Below, one piece after another: positions 1 to 9,621 of a stretch of 64,000 nucleotides of DNA. Origin of the DNA: Alphaproteobacteria bacterium (GTDB lineage: Bacteria; Pseudomonadota; Alphaproteobacteria; MPNO01). The notes below the pieces were generated by a model, which saw only the letters and a list, made by a program, of their open reading frames with translations, was not told the origin of the DNA and did not search any database. Within the stretch, counting starts at the first letter, position 1; every line of letters begins with the position of its first letter. The stretch is from positions 3,328,001-3,392,000 of the forward strand of contig OZ219866.1 of the NCBI GenBank assembly GCA_964291675.2. The letters run 5' to 3'. The translations under genes were made by a program, and so were the position numbers.

Positions 1-280
1 TGGCGAAATCCTCCGCGCCGGCGTGGTCGTCCTGGAGAGACTGGCGCTGGCGTTGGAAAACCTGCGGTGACACGCAACCGAAATCCGCGGTTGGAATGCA
101 CGTTTGCTGCGGCGGCGGCTCCGGCGGCATCGGCGGCGGCGGAGCCTCGACCCGCGGCTGCGGCGCGGAAGACTCCCCGCCACCCCCGCCGCATCCCCAG
201 ACCAGGGAGATGGCGACCAGCAGGGAGCCGACGACCGCAATGGATCGCAACCGCACAAGCCTCCAGCCCGACATCCGCAT
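1..280 (-). CDS. 5' part of a lipoprotein running off the left edge (possibly an S8 peptidase-type surface protein)
   Basis: Not in the ORF track because there is no stop in the window. ATG at 280 reads MRMSGWRLVRLRSIAVVGSLLVAISLVWGCGGGGGESSAPQPRVEAPPPPMPPEPPPQQTCIPTADFGCVSPQVFQRQRQSLQDDHAGAEDFA: signal peptide, lipobox-like VWG-C, Gly and Pro linker. The peptidase guess is inference only. Confidence 0.7.
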   Translation of the reverse strand, partial: MRMSGWRLVRLRSIAVVGSLLVAISLVWGCGGGGGESSAPQPRVEAPPPPMPPEPPPQQTCIPTADFGCVSPQVFQRQRQSLQDDHAGAEDFA

Positions 281-357
281 ACTTTTACAGCAACGGAATT
301 CGGTTAGAATAGGGCAGCGAAGCGGCCGGTCGCGCCGCGCGAAGGGCGGAGGAATGA

Positions 358-1191
358 ATGCCGAAGGTGCTGACCGAAGAGCAGATCGAGTTCTTCAAGC
401 GCGAGGGGTATCTGTTTCCGGTCGACGGTGTCGACAAGGAGAAGTGCGACGACCTGCTGGGCGCGATGAACCGGTTCGAGGACGACCAGGGGATCAACCC
501 GGGGGTGTTCAAGCTCAAGGGCCATCTCTGCCTGCCCGAGACCTGGGATTTGATCCGCGAGCCGCGCATCCTCGACGCGGCCGAGGACATCATCGGGCCC
601 AACATCCTCGCCTTCGGCTCGCGTTTCTGGGTCAAGCCGGCGGGCGACGGCTCGTTCGTCTCGTGGCACCAGGACTCGGCCTATTTCGGCTGCGAACCGC
701 ACGACATGGTGACCTGCTGGCTGGCGCTCACCCCGGCCAACAGGGGGAACGGCTGCCTCAGGGTGATGCCGCGCTCGCACGAGGTGGGTTACGAGCACAA
801 GGAGAGCCGCGAGAACGCCCCCGGCGAGGCGCCGGGCGAGAAGAAGAACATGCTGGGCCGCGGCCAGACCATCCAGGGGCTGGACGAGTCGAAGGCGGTC
901 CACATGGAGCTCGAGCAGGGCCAGTTCTCGATGCACACCGAGCGCACCGCGCACGCATCCTATCCCAACAACTCGACCGAGACCCGGGTGGGCTACTCGT
1001 TCTTCCTGATCCCGCCGCATGTCAGGTCGACGCTGGAGCGCCGACCGGCGACGCTGGTCCGCGGGGTCGACGAGTACAACCACTGGGACACCGACCCGGT
1101 GCCGACCGAGGACCGGCTGCCCGAGCTGATCAAGATGATGCTGGCGCATAACGCGCAATACACCGACCCGAAGTTCAGGCAAAGCGCCTGA
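358..1191 (+). CDS. Phytanoyl-CoA dioxygenase (PhyH) family Fe(II)/2-oxoglutarate dioxygenase
   Basis: LTEEQIEFFKREGY N-terminus, WHQD (HxD) motif, NGCLRVMPRSH, distal His (TAHAS) and Arg; GGAGG RBS. Confidence 0.9.
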   Translation: MPKVLTEEQIEFFKREGYLFPVDGVDKEKCDDLLGAMNRFEDDQGINPGVFKLKGHLCLPETWDLIREPRILDAAEDIIGPNILAFGSRFWVKPAGDGSFVSWHQDSAYFGCEPHDMVTCWLALTPANRGNGCLRVMPRSHEVGYEHKESRENAPGEAPGEKKNMLGRGQTIQGLDESKAVHMELEQGQFSMHTERTAHASYPNNSTETRVGYSFFLIPPHVRSTLERRPATLVRGVDEYNHWDTDPVPTEDRLPELIKMMLAHNAQYTDPKFRQSA

Positions 1192-1213
1192 GCGGGGCGG
1201 CGGGCGGAGAATC

Positions 1214-1345
1214 GTGGGCAAGAGCGAATACATCCTGGCCGGCGGCCTGCTGCTGCTCGGCGCGGTCTCGCTGCCGCTGGTCAAGGACGTCTATCTGGTC
1301 CAGGACATCGTGCTCGCGATCTGCAGCGGGCTGGGGTTCCAGTAG
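1214..1345 (+). CDS. Small (43 aa) hydrophobic membrane protein
   Basis: GGAGA then GTG; reads MGKSEYILAGGLLLLGAVSLPLVKDVYLVQDIVLAICSGLGFQ*; host-like codon usage; below the ORF track cutoff. Confidence 0.55.
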   Translation: MGKSEYILAGGLLLLGAVSLPLVKDVYLVQDIVLAICSGLGFQ

Positions 1346-1347
1346 GG

Positions 1348-3411
1348 CTAGCGCCCCTCCCGGCGCCAGGCGAGCATCAGCACGCCGACGCCCAGCAGCA
1401 GCACCGCGAGCGGCGGCAGCAGCGGCACCTCGGTGATGCTGGTCACCCGGTAGTCGCGGTTGGCGACCAGCCCCATCCAGCCCGACCCCGAGGCGAGGCG
1501 GTCCGGCCGCACCCGGCGAAACGAGGGCAGGCCGTCGGCCAGCCAGACGATGCCGCCGCCGGTCCTGGCGGCGATGGCCGACAGCCTGTCGGCGGTCGTG
1601 CGCATGTCGGCGAACTCGACCGGGTTGGGGCTCGCCACCGCGGCGAGCGCCGTCCGCTCCCCGTCGCTCACCCGGTAGAGCCCCATCTCGTCCGGCGCCA
1701 GAATCGCCCGCGCCCGCCCGCCGCCTTCCTCGACGAGCTCGACGGCGGTGGTCGCGCCCGACGGGGCGGTGACCTCGACCGGCGGGTGGTCGCGCTCCAG
1801 GCTGCGCCGGGTGATGACCAGGCCGCGCCGTCCGGCGGCGACGCGGAGGTCGTTCTCCTCCAGATCCGGCTCCTTCATCAGCCAGTGCGACAGCCGCCGC
1901 AAAATCTCCGAATGCGGGCCGCCGGTCTCGAAGCCGCGCGCCCACAGCCATATGTGGTCGCTCAAGAGCTGCGCCACGCGGCCCTCGCCGACCCGGTCGA
2001 CGATCAGCAGCGGCCGCTCGTCGGCGCCCTGCATCAGGATCGTGCCGCGCGCCGCGCCGACCTCGACCTGGCGGAACCAGCGGCCCCAGCGCGACCGCGT
2101 TCCCGCCGCGCCGAACAGCTCGGCGGTGACCGGGTGCCGTTCGCCGATATCGCTCACCACCGGCTTGAAGCCGCGCTCGAACACCTGCCCGGTCGGCGCG
2201 CCCGGCAGGATCGCGCCGAGCGGCGTCTGGTACAGGCTGAGCGCCGAGGCGAAGCCCGGCCCCGCCACCTCCAGCACCGCGCCGCCGCCTTCGACGAAGC
2301 GCGCGATGTTGTCGAGATAGATCGCCGGCAGCACCCCGCGGCGGCGGTAGCGGTCGAAGATGATCAGGTCGAAATCGTCCAGCTTGACCTCGAACAGCTC
2401 GCGGATCGGGAAGGCGATCAGCGACAGCTCGCGCACCGGCGTCGCGTCCAGCTTCTCCGGCGGCCGCAGGATGGTGAAATGGACCAGGTCGACCGACGGG
2501 TCCGCCTTGAGGAAGTTGCGCCACACCCGCCCGCCGGGATGCGGCTCGCCCGACACCAGCAGCACGCGCAGCCGTTCGCGCACGCCGGATATCTCGACCA
2601 CGTTGCGGTTGTTGGCGCCGGTCAGCTCGCCCGGCCGGGCGTCGACCTCGAGCTCGAAGATGTTCGAGCCGGCGCGGTCGATCTCGACCTCGACCGTGCG
2701 CGCGGCGCCGATCGTCGCGTCGACGCGGCGGGCCGGCTTGCCGTCGCGCACGATCGCGATGCTGGCGGGGCGGCCGGCCTCGGCGGCGTCCTCGACGCGG
2801 ATCTCGATCCGCGCCTTCGAGCCGACCAGCCCGTAGCTCGGCGCCTTGTCGACGAACAGGATCCGGTCGTGCTCGCCGCGCCTGCCGTTGAGCAGCACGT
2901 GCAGCGGCCCGGCGAAGGGGAGCGCGTCCTCCGCGCCGGGGACGTCGTGAACCTGGCCGTCGGTCAGCAGCACGGTCCCGGCCATGCGCCGCCGCGACGT
3001 GCTCGACAGGCTGCGGCCCAGCGCCTCGAACAGCCGCGTGCCCTCGCCGGCGCCGGCGACCGCGCTCTTCTCCGCCCCCGCCCTGACCACGCGGACATCG
3101 AGATCGTTGAGCTTGTCCAATTTCGCGAGCAAGGTTTCCAAAATGTCTTCGGAGCGCGTTCGCCGACCGTCGATCTTCTGGCTGTCCGACTCGTCGACCA
3201 CCACCGTGACCAGGTCCGGGATCGGCTCGCGCTCCTCCTCGACCAGCGCCGGGTTGGCCAAAGCGAGCCACAGCGCGGCGAGGGCGAGGCTGCGCCAGCC
3301 CAGCCCGCGGGCGCGCGTGACCGCACAGAGCGCCAGCACGGCGAGCGCGAGCGCGCCGGCGGCGGCGAGCACGGTCCAGTCGAACATCGGCGCGAAGGCG
3401 ATCGAGGTCAT
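1348..3411 (-). CDS. Conserved membrane protein with vWA-like and glutamine amidotransferase-like domains (MoxR cluster)
   Basis: N- and C-terminal TM helices, VVVDESDS, LLTDGQVHD, DPSVDLVHFTILRPPEK; overlaps the upstream gene. Confidence 0.85.
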   Translation of the reverse strand: MTSIAFAPMFDWTVLAAAGALALAVLALCAVTRARGLGWRSLALAALWLALANPALVEEEREPIPDLVTVVVDESDSQKIDGRRTRSEDILETLLAKLDKLNDLDVRVVRAGAEKSAVAGAGEGTRLFEALGRSLSSTSRRRMAGTVLLTDGQVHDVPGAEDALPFAGPLHVLLNGRRGEHDRILFVDKAPSYGLVGSKARIEIRVEDAAEAGRPASIAIVRDGKPARRVDATIGAARTVEVEIDRAGSNIFELEVDARPGELTGANNRNVVEISGVRERLRVLLVSGEPHPGGRVWRNFLKADPSVDLVHFTILRPPEKLDATPVRELSLIAFPIRELFEVKLDDFDLIIFDRYRRRGVLPAIYLDNIARFVEGGGAVLEVAGPGFASALSLYQTPLGAILPGAPTGQVFERGFKPVVSDIGERHPVTAELFGAAGTRSRWGRWFRQVEVGAARGTILMQGADERPLLIVDRVGEGRVAQLLSDHIWLWARGFETGGPHSEILRRLSHWLMKEPDLEENDLRVAAGRRGLVITRRSLERDHPPVEVTAPSGATTAVELVEEGGGRARAILAPDEMGLYRVSDGERTALAAVASPNPVEFADMRTTADRLSAIAARTGGGIVWLADGLPSFRRVRPDRLASGSGWMGLVANRDYRVTSITEVPLLPPLAVLLLGVGVLMLAWRREGR

Positions 3412-6164
3412 TGGCCGAGCCGTTCGATGATCGCCGGCACGTGGACCTGGTCGGTCTTGTAGTTGCCGGTGAGCGCGTACATCACCCAGTTGACCCCGAA
3501 GCGATAGGCCATCTCGCGCTGCATCTCGCCCTGCGGCACCACCGGGAACATCGCCGCGCCGAGCCGGTCGACGGCCCAGGCGCCCGACCAGTCGTTGGAC
3601 CCGATGATCACCGACGAGACCCCGTCATTGTGCCGCCCGCCGCGCCGTTCGACCCAGACCCGCCCGCCGCTCCAGCGCCCGGGGAAGTCGCTCAGCAGGT
3701 AGAACGCCTTGGTCAGCACGTGGTCGCGCGGCACCGGGATCAGGGTCGAGACGTCGAGGCCGCGCAGCAGCAGACGCAGATGCCGCCCCGCCGCGCCCTC
3801 GCCGCCCAGCGTGCCGGTCAGGAAGTCGCCGCGCTCCTTGGTGTCGAACAGGATGGTGCCGCCGCTGCGCAGATAGCGGTTGAGCTTTTCCAGGGCGCGG
3901 TCCGAGGGCGGCGGCTGGCGCGTCGACACTGCCCAGTAGAGCAGCGGGAAGAGGGCGAGCTCGTCGCGCTCCGGATCGACCCCGAGCGGCTCGCCCGGCT
4001 CGACCGAGGTGCGCAGGCGCAGCACCCTTGTGAGCCCGGCGAGCCCGGCGCGCGAGACCTCGTCCGTCGCGCGGTCGCGGGTGATCACATAGGCGAGGCG
4101 GGTCTCCAGCGTCGCATGCAGCGCCCGCGCGTCGGGGCCGATATGCGCCCGCCCGCCCGACTGGGCGTCGGCGGTCCCGCCGGGGGCGAGCACGGCCAGC
4201 ATCGCCGCCGCCGCGACCCCGGCCGCCTTCGGCGGGCGCAGCCGCACCAGCCCCCGCATGACCAGCCCGATCGCGGTGTCGGCGATCGCCAGCGCGAGCG
4301 CCGCGAGCAGCAGCCAGGGCGCGAGCGGGAGCGTCGCGCCGGTCTCGCGGTAGCCGGAGCGCGCGACGCCGGCCGGGAGCGGGCCGAGCGGTTTGGGCGC
4401 CGCCACCCCGTCGGCCAGGTTGAGCGCCTGGCGCGCCGTGTCGGTGCCGTAATAGCCGGGCGGCGAGGCCGGGCCCGGCGCCGGCGGCTCGGCACCCAGC
4501 GCCGCGATCGCCGCCGCCGCGGCCGGCGGGTCGCCCAGCGCGCCGAACCCGTCGAGGGTCTGGAGCGGCGCCAGGCTCGCCCGCCTGTCCCCGCCGACCA
4601 CGCCCTGCGACAGATCGACCATGCGCCGCAGCAGGTCGACGAACAGGCCGGAGATCGGCAGGTTGGACCAGTCGGTGTTGGCGGTGACGTGGACCAGCAC
4701 CAGCCAGCCCAGACCCTGGCGTTCGGCGGTGATCAGCGGGGTGCCGTCGCTCAGCCGCGCCCAGGTCTTGTCGTTGAGCTGCAGCGAGGGTTCGGCGAGG
4801 ACCTGGCGCCGCACCCGGACGTCGTGCGGGATCTCCAGCCCGAAGAACGGGCTCGCCTCCGCGAACGGCGCGAGCCTGGCCGGCGCGGTCCAGGAGAGCG
4901 CGCCGCCGAGCACCCTGCCGCCGCTCCTGAGCTTGACCGGCAGCAGCGAATCGGCGTTGCGGGCGAGCTTCGGGCCGGAGAACCGGACGGCGACGCCGCC
5001 GCGCCCGATCCAGCGCGCGAGGCCGTCCGCCTCCTCGCCGCCGAGCCGGCCGATATCGGCGAGCACGATGACCGAGAACGGCTCGGCGACGAGCTCGCCC
5101 AGCGTCCCGCGGGTCACCTCGCTGAACGGCTCCAGCGCGCGCTGCAGGAAATAGAGCGCGCTCAACAGCGGCTGGTCGGCGTCGGCGGTGTCGCCCGAGA
5201 CCAGGCCGACCGGGCGCCGCCGCCAGCGCTCGTCGAGCAGGAAGACCCCGCCCGCCGTGCGCTCGTCCTCGATCTCCAGCCGCGCGACCGCGTTCCTCAG
5301 CCGCGGCGGCAGGGCGAAGCGGATCTTGCCGCTCCGCTCGCCCGGCGCGAAGGACACCCGCTCGCGGGCCAGCACGCGGCCGTCCTCGGCCACCGCGCGA
5401 ACCCAGCGCGCCGCGCGCTCCCCGTCATCGGCGCGTTCGACCGCGGCCTCGATGCCGCCGGGATCGCCCCCCGCGCCGCGCAGCAGCAGCGCGGTCGAGC
5501 GGCCGCCGGGGGCGAGGACGTCGAGGCTGCCGAGGCGTTGCAGGCGGAGCGCGAGGTCCCTTGTCGCCGCGCCCTCCAGCCCGTCGCTCAGCCACACCGA
5601 GTGGGCCGAGCCGTCGATGGCGAGCGATTCCGAGGCGGCCAGCAGGGCGCGGTGATCCGCCGCCCAGGGCCGCGGCTCGACCGCGCGCAGGATCTCGCGC
5701 GCCTCCTCGGCGCGCAGCGGGTCGGAGAACCCGGCCGGCCCGCCGTCGCCGGCCCGCGCGGCGGTCGCCAGCCGCACCGGCCGGTTGTCGCGCTCCGCCC
5801 GGTCGAGCAGCTCGTTCCAGGCCGCCACCCGGTCCTGCCAGTTGCGCGCGGAGGCCCAGCCGTTGTCGACGATGAGGATCAGCGGGCCCGAGCCGCGCAG
5901 CCCCGCGGTCGGGTTCAGCACCGGCCCGGCCAGCGCCAGGATGATCAGCGCGGCGATGAGGCAGCGCAGCACGATCAGCCAGAGCGGCGTGCGGGCCGGC
6001 GATTCCTCGGGCGAGCGCAGGCCGAGGACGAGGCGGATCGGCGGGAAGGCGACCAGCCTCGGCGCCGGCGGGGTGACGCGCAGCAGCCACCAGATCAGCG
6101 GCAGGACGAGCCCGGCGAGCAGGAACCAGGGGGCGGCGAAGCCGAGCGCGCTGAGGCCGGCCAC
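3408..6164 (-). CDS. BatA-like N-terminal / DUF4159 domain protein
   Basis: GTG start after the DUF58 stop; FAAPWFL..LPLIWWLLRVTPP BatA motif; C-terminal FGVNWVMYALTGNYKTDQVH. Confidence 0.85.
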   Translation of the reverse strand: MAGLSALGFAAPWFLLAGLVLPLIWWLLRVTPPAPRLVAFPPIRLVLGLRSPEESPARTPLWLIVLRCLIAALIILALAGPVLNPTAGLRGSGPLILIVDNGWASARNWQDRVAAWNELLDRAERDNRPVRLATAARAGDGGPAGFSDPLRAEEAREILRAVEPRPWAADHRALLAASESLAIDGSAHSVWLSDGLEGAATRDLALRLQRLGSLDVLAPGGRSTALLLRGAGGDPGGIEAAVERADDGERAARWVRAVAEDGRVLARERVSFAPGERSGKIRFALPPRLRNAVARLEIEDERTAGGVFLLDERWRRRPVGLVSGDTADADQPLLSALYFLQRALEPFSEVTRGTLGELVAEPFSVIVLADIGRLGGEEADGLARWIGRGGVAVRFSGPKLARNADSLLPVKLRSGGRVLGGALSWTAPARLAPFAEASPFFGLEIPHDVRVRRQVLAEPSLQLNDKTWARLSDGTPLITAERQGLGWLVLVHVTANTDWSNLPISGLFVDLLRRMVDLSQGVVGGDRRASLAPLQTLDGFGALGDPPAAAAAIAALGAEPPAPGPASPPGYYGTDTARQALNLADGVAAPKPLGPLPAGVARSGYRETGATLPLAPWLLLAALALAIADTAIGLVMRGLVRLRPPKAAGVAAAAMLAVLAPGGTADAQSGGRAHIGPDARALHATLETRLAYVITRDRATDEVSRAGLAGLTRVLRLRTSVEPGEPLGVDPERDELALFPLLYWAVSTRQPPPSDRALEKLNRYLRSGGTILFDTKERGDFLTGTLGGEGAAGRHLRLLLRGLDVSTLIPVPRDHVLTKAFYLLSDFPGRWSGGRVWVERRGGRHNDGVSSVIIGSNDWSGAWAVDRLGAAMFPVVPQGEMQREMAYRFGVNWVMYALTGNYKTDQVHVPAIIERLGQ

Positions 6165-6168
6165 CGCG

Positions 6169-7083
6169 TCACCCCTCGGGCGGCGCGAGCGCCGCGTGCA
6201 ATGCGAGCAGCGCGGTCTGCGGCGGCTGGTCGGTGACATGCGCGGCGACGGTCCAGCCGAGCGATCGCACGATGCCGCCGAGGCCTTCGCGGTGCCGCGC
6301 CATCGCTCCGGCGTAGTCCTCGCGGATATTGCCGACCCGGCCGATCACCACCCCGCCCTCGTCCTCCAGTCCCTCGAAGCGGACCCTTCCATCATAGGGG
6401 AGCGACAGCTCCGCCGGGTCGATCACCCGCAGCAGATGGCCCGCCACGCCCATCGCGGCGAAGTCGCGGATGGTGCGCTCGATCTCGGCGAGCGGCGAGA
6501 GCAGATCGCCCAAGATCACCAGCCGGGCATGGCGCGGCAGGGGCTCGACCGGGGGCAGGCTCGACTCCTCCGCCAGCGCGCGCACCAGGCACTCGGTGAA
6601 GCGTTCCAGCGCGCCGCGGCCCTGGTCCGGGGCGAGGCCCGAGCCGAGCAGCGCGATCCGCTCGCCGCCGCGCACCAGGAGGATCGCCGCCGCGAGCGCC
6701 AGCACCGCCGCGCGCTGCTGCTTGTCGGGCCAGCCCGGGTCCGAGCGGAAGCGCATCGAGGGCGAGGCGTCGCACCAGATCCAGACGCTCTGCGCCGCCT
6801 CCCACTCGGTCTCGCGGACATAGGCGAAGCGCGACTTCGCGGTCTGGCGCCAGTCGATCGACTGCGCGCTGTCGCCGGGCTGGTACTGGCGGAACTGCCA
6901 GAACGTGTCGCCCCGCCCGACCCGCCGCCTGCCGTGAATCCCGGCGATCACCGAGGACGCGATGCGGTCGGCCTCGACCATCAGCTCGGGGATCCGGGCG
7001 GCCGCCTCCTCGGCGCCGCGGCGCAGCGCCGGGCCGGCGCGGTCGGGGGAGATGCCGAACCGGTCTATGCGAGGGGTGCGCAC
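6169..7083 (-). CDS. DUF58 domain protein
   Basis: GIHGRRRVGRGDTFWQFRQYQPGD..IDWRQTAK motif; follows MoxR. Confidence 0.9.
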   Translation of the reverse strand: MRTPRIDRFGISPDRAGPALRRGAEEAAARIPELMVEADRIASSVIAGIHGRRRVGRGDTFWQFRQYQPGDSAQSIDWRQTAKSRFAYVRETEWEAAQSVWIWCDASPSMRFRSDPGWPDKQQRAAVLALAAAILLVRGGERIALLGSGLAPDQGRGALERFTECLVRALAEESSLPPVEPLPRHARLVILGDLLSPLAEIERTIRDFAAMGVAGHLLRVIDPAELSLPYDGRVRFEGLEDEGGVVIGRVGNIREDYAGAMARHREGLGGIVRSLGWTVAAHVTDQPPQTALLALHAALAPPEG

Positions 7084-8087
7084 AATCTTGCGATGATGTC
7101 GTCGACCGAGATCCCGTCCGCCCGCGCCGCGAAGGTGACCGCCATGCGGTGGCGCAGCACTGGCCCGGCCAGCGCCAGCACGTCGTCGAGCGAGGGCGCG
7201 AGCCGCCCGTCGAGCAGGGCGCGGGCGCGGCTCGCCAGCATCAGCGCCTGGCTCGCCCGCGGACCCGGCCCCCACGCCACCTGGCCGGGGAGTTCCGGGA
7301 TGTCGGTGGTGTCGGGACGCCCGCGCCGCACCAGCTCGAGGATGCCGTTCACCACCGACTCGCCGACCGGGATGGCGCGGACCAGCCGCTGGGCGGCGCG
7401 CAGCTCCTCGCCGGTCAGCACCTGTTCCGCCGGCGCCTCCTCCGCGCCGGTGGTGGCGATCAGCATCTCGCGCTCGGCGTCGAGCTCGGGATAGACGATG
7501 TCGATCTGCAACAGGAAGCGGTCGAGCTGCGCCTCGGGCAGCGGGTAGGTGCCTTCCTGTTCCAGCGGGTTCTGCGTCGCCAGCACGTGGAAGGGCAGGG
7601 GCAGCGGGTGGTAGCGGCCGGCGACCGACACCCGCTGCTCCTGCATCGCCTGGAGCAGCGCCGACTGGGTGCGCGGGCTGGCGCGGTTGATCTCGTCGGC
7701 CATCAGGAGCTGGGCAAACACCGGACCCTGGATGAAGCGGAATCCGCGCCGCCCGGACTCGCTCTCCTCCATGACCTCGGAGCCCAGTATGTCGGCCGGC
7801 ATCAGGTCGGGGGTGAACTGGACCCGCTTGTCGTCCAGACCCAGCACCCCGCCGAGGGTTTCCACCAGCCGGGTCTTGCCGAGACCGGGAAATCCGATGA
7901 GCAGGGCGTGACCGCCGGCGAGAAGGGTGATAAGGGTCTCTTCGACAACCTGTTCCTGGCCGAAAATCACCCGGCCGATGCGGTCGCGCACCATCGCCAT
8001 GCGGTGGCCGAGCGCCTCGATCTCGCTCGCCCGGGGCGGCGTCTCGCCGGCGGTCTGGATGTCGGTCGGCAGGTTGGACACGGGCAC
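7065..8087 (-). CDS. moxR: MoxR family AAA+ ATPase
   Basis: Walker A GFPGLGKT, RVQFTPDLMPADILG, DEINRASPRTQSALL, ATQNPLEQEGTYPLPEAQLDRF. Confidence 0.95.
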   Translation of the reverse strand: MPVSNLPTDIQTAGETPPRASEIEALGHRMAMVRDRIGRVIFGQEQVVEETLITLLAGGHALLIGFPGLGKTRLVETLGGVLGLDDKRVQFTPDLMPADILGSEVMEESESGRRGFRFIQGPVFAQLLMADEINRASPRTQSALLQAMQEQRVSVAGRYHPLPLPFHVLATQNPLEQEGTYPLPEAQLDRFLLQIDIVYPELDAEREMLIATTGAEEAPAEQVLTGEELRAAQRLVRAIPVGESVVNGILELVRRGRPDTTDIPELPGQVAWGPGPRASQALMLASRARALLDGRLAPSLDDVLALAGPVLRHRMAVTFAARADGISVDDIIARLCAPLA

Positions 8088-8110
8088 CTCACGGAGGGCA
8101 GACGCACACG

Positions 8111-8671
8111 ATGTCCGAATCCGATCTCCGCCGCGTCTCGCGCGCCTTGCGACCGCGGCCGGCGGCCGATATCGGCACCGCTTCCGCCCAGCAGTTCTGC
8201 GGCGATATCGACATGCGAATCGCGCGCGACGGGACGTGGTTCTACCACGGCTCGCCGATCGGTCGCAAACCTCTCGTCAAGCTCTTCGCCAGCGTGCTCA
8301 AGCGCGATTCGGCCGGCGACTACTGGCTGGAGACGCCGTTCGAGAAGTGCCGCATCGCGGTCGACGACGCGCCGTTTACCGCCGTGGAGATGTTCGTCGA
8401 GGGCGCCGGCGCGGGGCGCATCATCCGCTTCCGCACCAATATCGACGAGATGGTGAGCGCCGGTCCCGAGCACCCGATCCGCGTCGAGACCGACGCCGGG
8501 AGCGGCGAGCCCGCGCCCTATGTCGGCGTGCGGGACGGGCTGGACGCGCTCATCCTGCGCTCGGTGTTCTACGACCTGGTCGAGCTCGGCGAGGAGGCCG
8601 ACGGCCCCGGCGGTCCGACCGTCCGCGTGCGCAGCGACGGCGCGTTCTTCACCCTCGGCCCGGCGGCGTAG
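8111..8671 (+). CDS. DUF1285 family protein
   Basis: CGDIDMRIARDGTWFYHGSPIGRKPLVKLFASVL, TPFEKCRIAVDDAPF. Confidence 0.9.
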   Translation: MSESDLRRVSRALRPRPAADIGTASAQQFCGDIDMRIARDGTWFYHGSPIGRKPLVKLFASVLKRDSAGDYWLETPFEKCRIAVDDAPFTAVEMFVEGAGAGRIIRFRTNIDEMVSAGPEHPIRVETDAGSGEPAPYVGVRDGLDALILRSVFYDLVELGEEADGPGGPTVRVRSDGAFFTLGPAA

Positions 8672-8681
8672 GCCCGGTCGC

Positions 8682-9290
8682 GTGATCGACACAAGCAGCG
8701 ACGGCATAAGGGCGGCCTTCGACGGCCCCGGCATCGCCGCCGGCGACGGTCCCGACTGGCGCGCGGCGAACGGCGCGGCGGGCGACGCAAGGGGGTTGAC
8801 GCCGGCCGCGGTGCTGGTCCCGATCGTGCGCCGCGACGACGCGCCGACCGTCCTGTTCACCCGCCGGACCGACCACCTGAAATCCCATTCGGGGCAGATC
8901 TCCTTCCCCGGCGGGCGCATCGAGGAGCGCGACGATTCGCCCGAGGCGGCGGCGCTGCGCGAGACCGGCGAGGAGATCGGCCTCGCCGCCGGCGACGTCG
9001 AGCTGCTCGGGCGGCTCGACCTGCGCGAGACCGGCACCGGCTATCGCGTGTTTCCCGTGGTCGGCATGGTGGTCCCGCCGCTCGCCCTGGTGCCCGACGC
9101 GCACGAGGTGGCGGAGATATTCGAGGTGCCGCTCGCCTTCCTGGTCGACCCCGCCAACCACCGCTTCGAGACCCGGGTGAGCGGCAATGTGGAGCGCCAG
9201 TTCTACGCCATTCCCTACGGCTCCCATTTCATCTGGGGGCTGACCGCGCGAATCCTGGTCAATCTGGGGGAGGTGCTGCGACGGCCATGA
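8682..9290 (+). CDS. Nudix hydrolase, CoA pyrophosphatase type
   Basis: AAVLVP, HSGQISFPGG, ALRETGEEIG Nudix box, IWGLTA. Confidence 0.9.
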   Translation: MIDTSSDGIRAAFDGPGIAAGDGPDWRAANGAAGDARGLTPAAVLVPIVRRDDAPTVLFTRRTDHLKSHSGQISFPGGRIEERDDSPEAAALRETGEEIGLAAGDVELLGRLDLRETGTGYRVFPVVGMVVPPLALVPDAHEVAEIFEVPLAFLVDPANHRFETRVSGNVERQFYAIPYGSHFIWGLTARILVNLGEVLRRP

Positions 9291-9574
9291 CGCGGATCCT
9301 GCTCACCTACATCCTGCCTTTGGTCCTGCCCGCGCTGGTCTGGTACCTGTGGCACCAGTTCCGCCCGCAGCGGCCCGGCGAGGAGAAGAAGAAGGGCTGG
9401 CGGGCGGCGCCGGTGCCGCAGCTCGCCGTCGCCGGACTGGTGCTTCTCGCCGCCACGCTCGGCGCCTATGCGCTGCTGGTCGGCGGCGATCCGGGCGAGG
9501 TCTACCAGCCCGCCCGGCTGATCGACGGCGAGGTCGTGCCCGGGCAGCATTCCGACGCCCCGGGCGGCAACTGA
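9287..9574 (+). CDS. Small two-TM membrane protein (DUF6111-like)
   Basis: Two hydrophobic helices, C-terminal YQPARLIDGEVVPG; ATGA overlap with the Nudix gene. Confidence 0.8.
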   Translation: MTRILLTYILPLVLPALVWYLWHQFRPQRPGEEKKKGWRAAPVPQLAVAGLVLLAATLGAYALLVGGDPGEVYQPARLIDGEVVPGQHSDAPGGN

Positions 9575-9621
9575 ACGGCGTCTCCTTGCGACCGGCGGGA
9601 CGCATCGAACCCCGGGAGTGG

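Noticed and set aside
2-70. 3' end of a plus-strand CDS (GEILRAGVVVLERLALALENLR*)
   Set aside because: It is the antisense of a more convincing minus-strand lipoprotein N-terminus.
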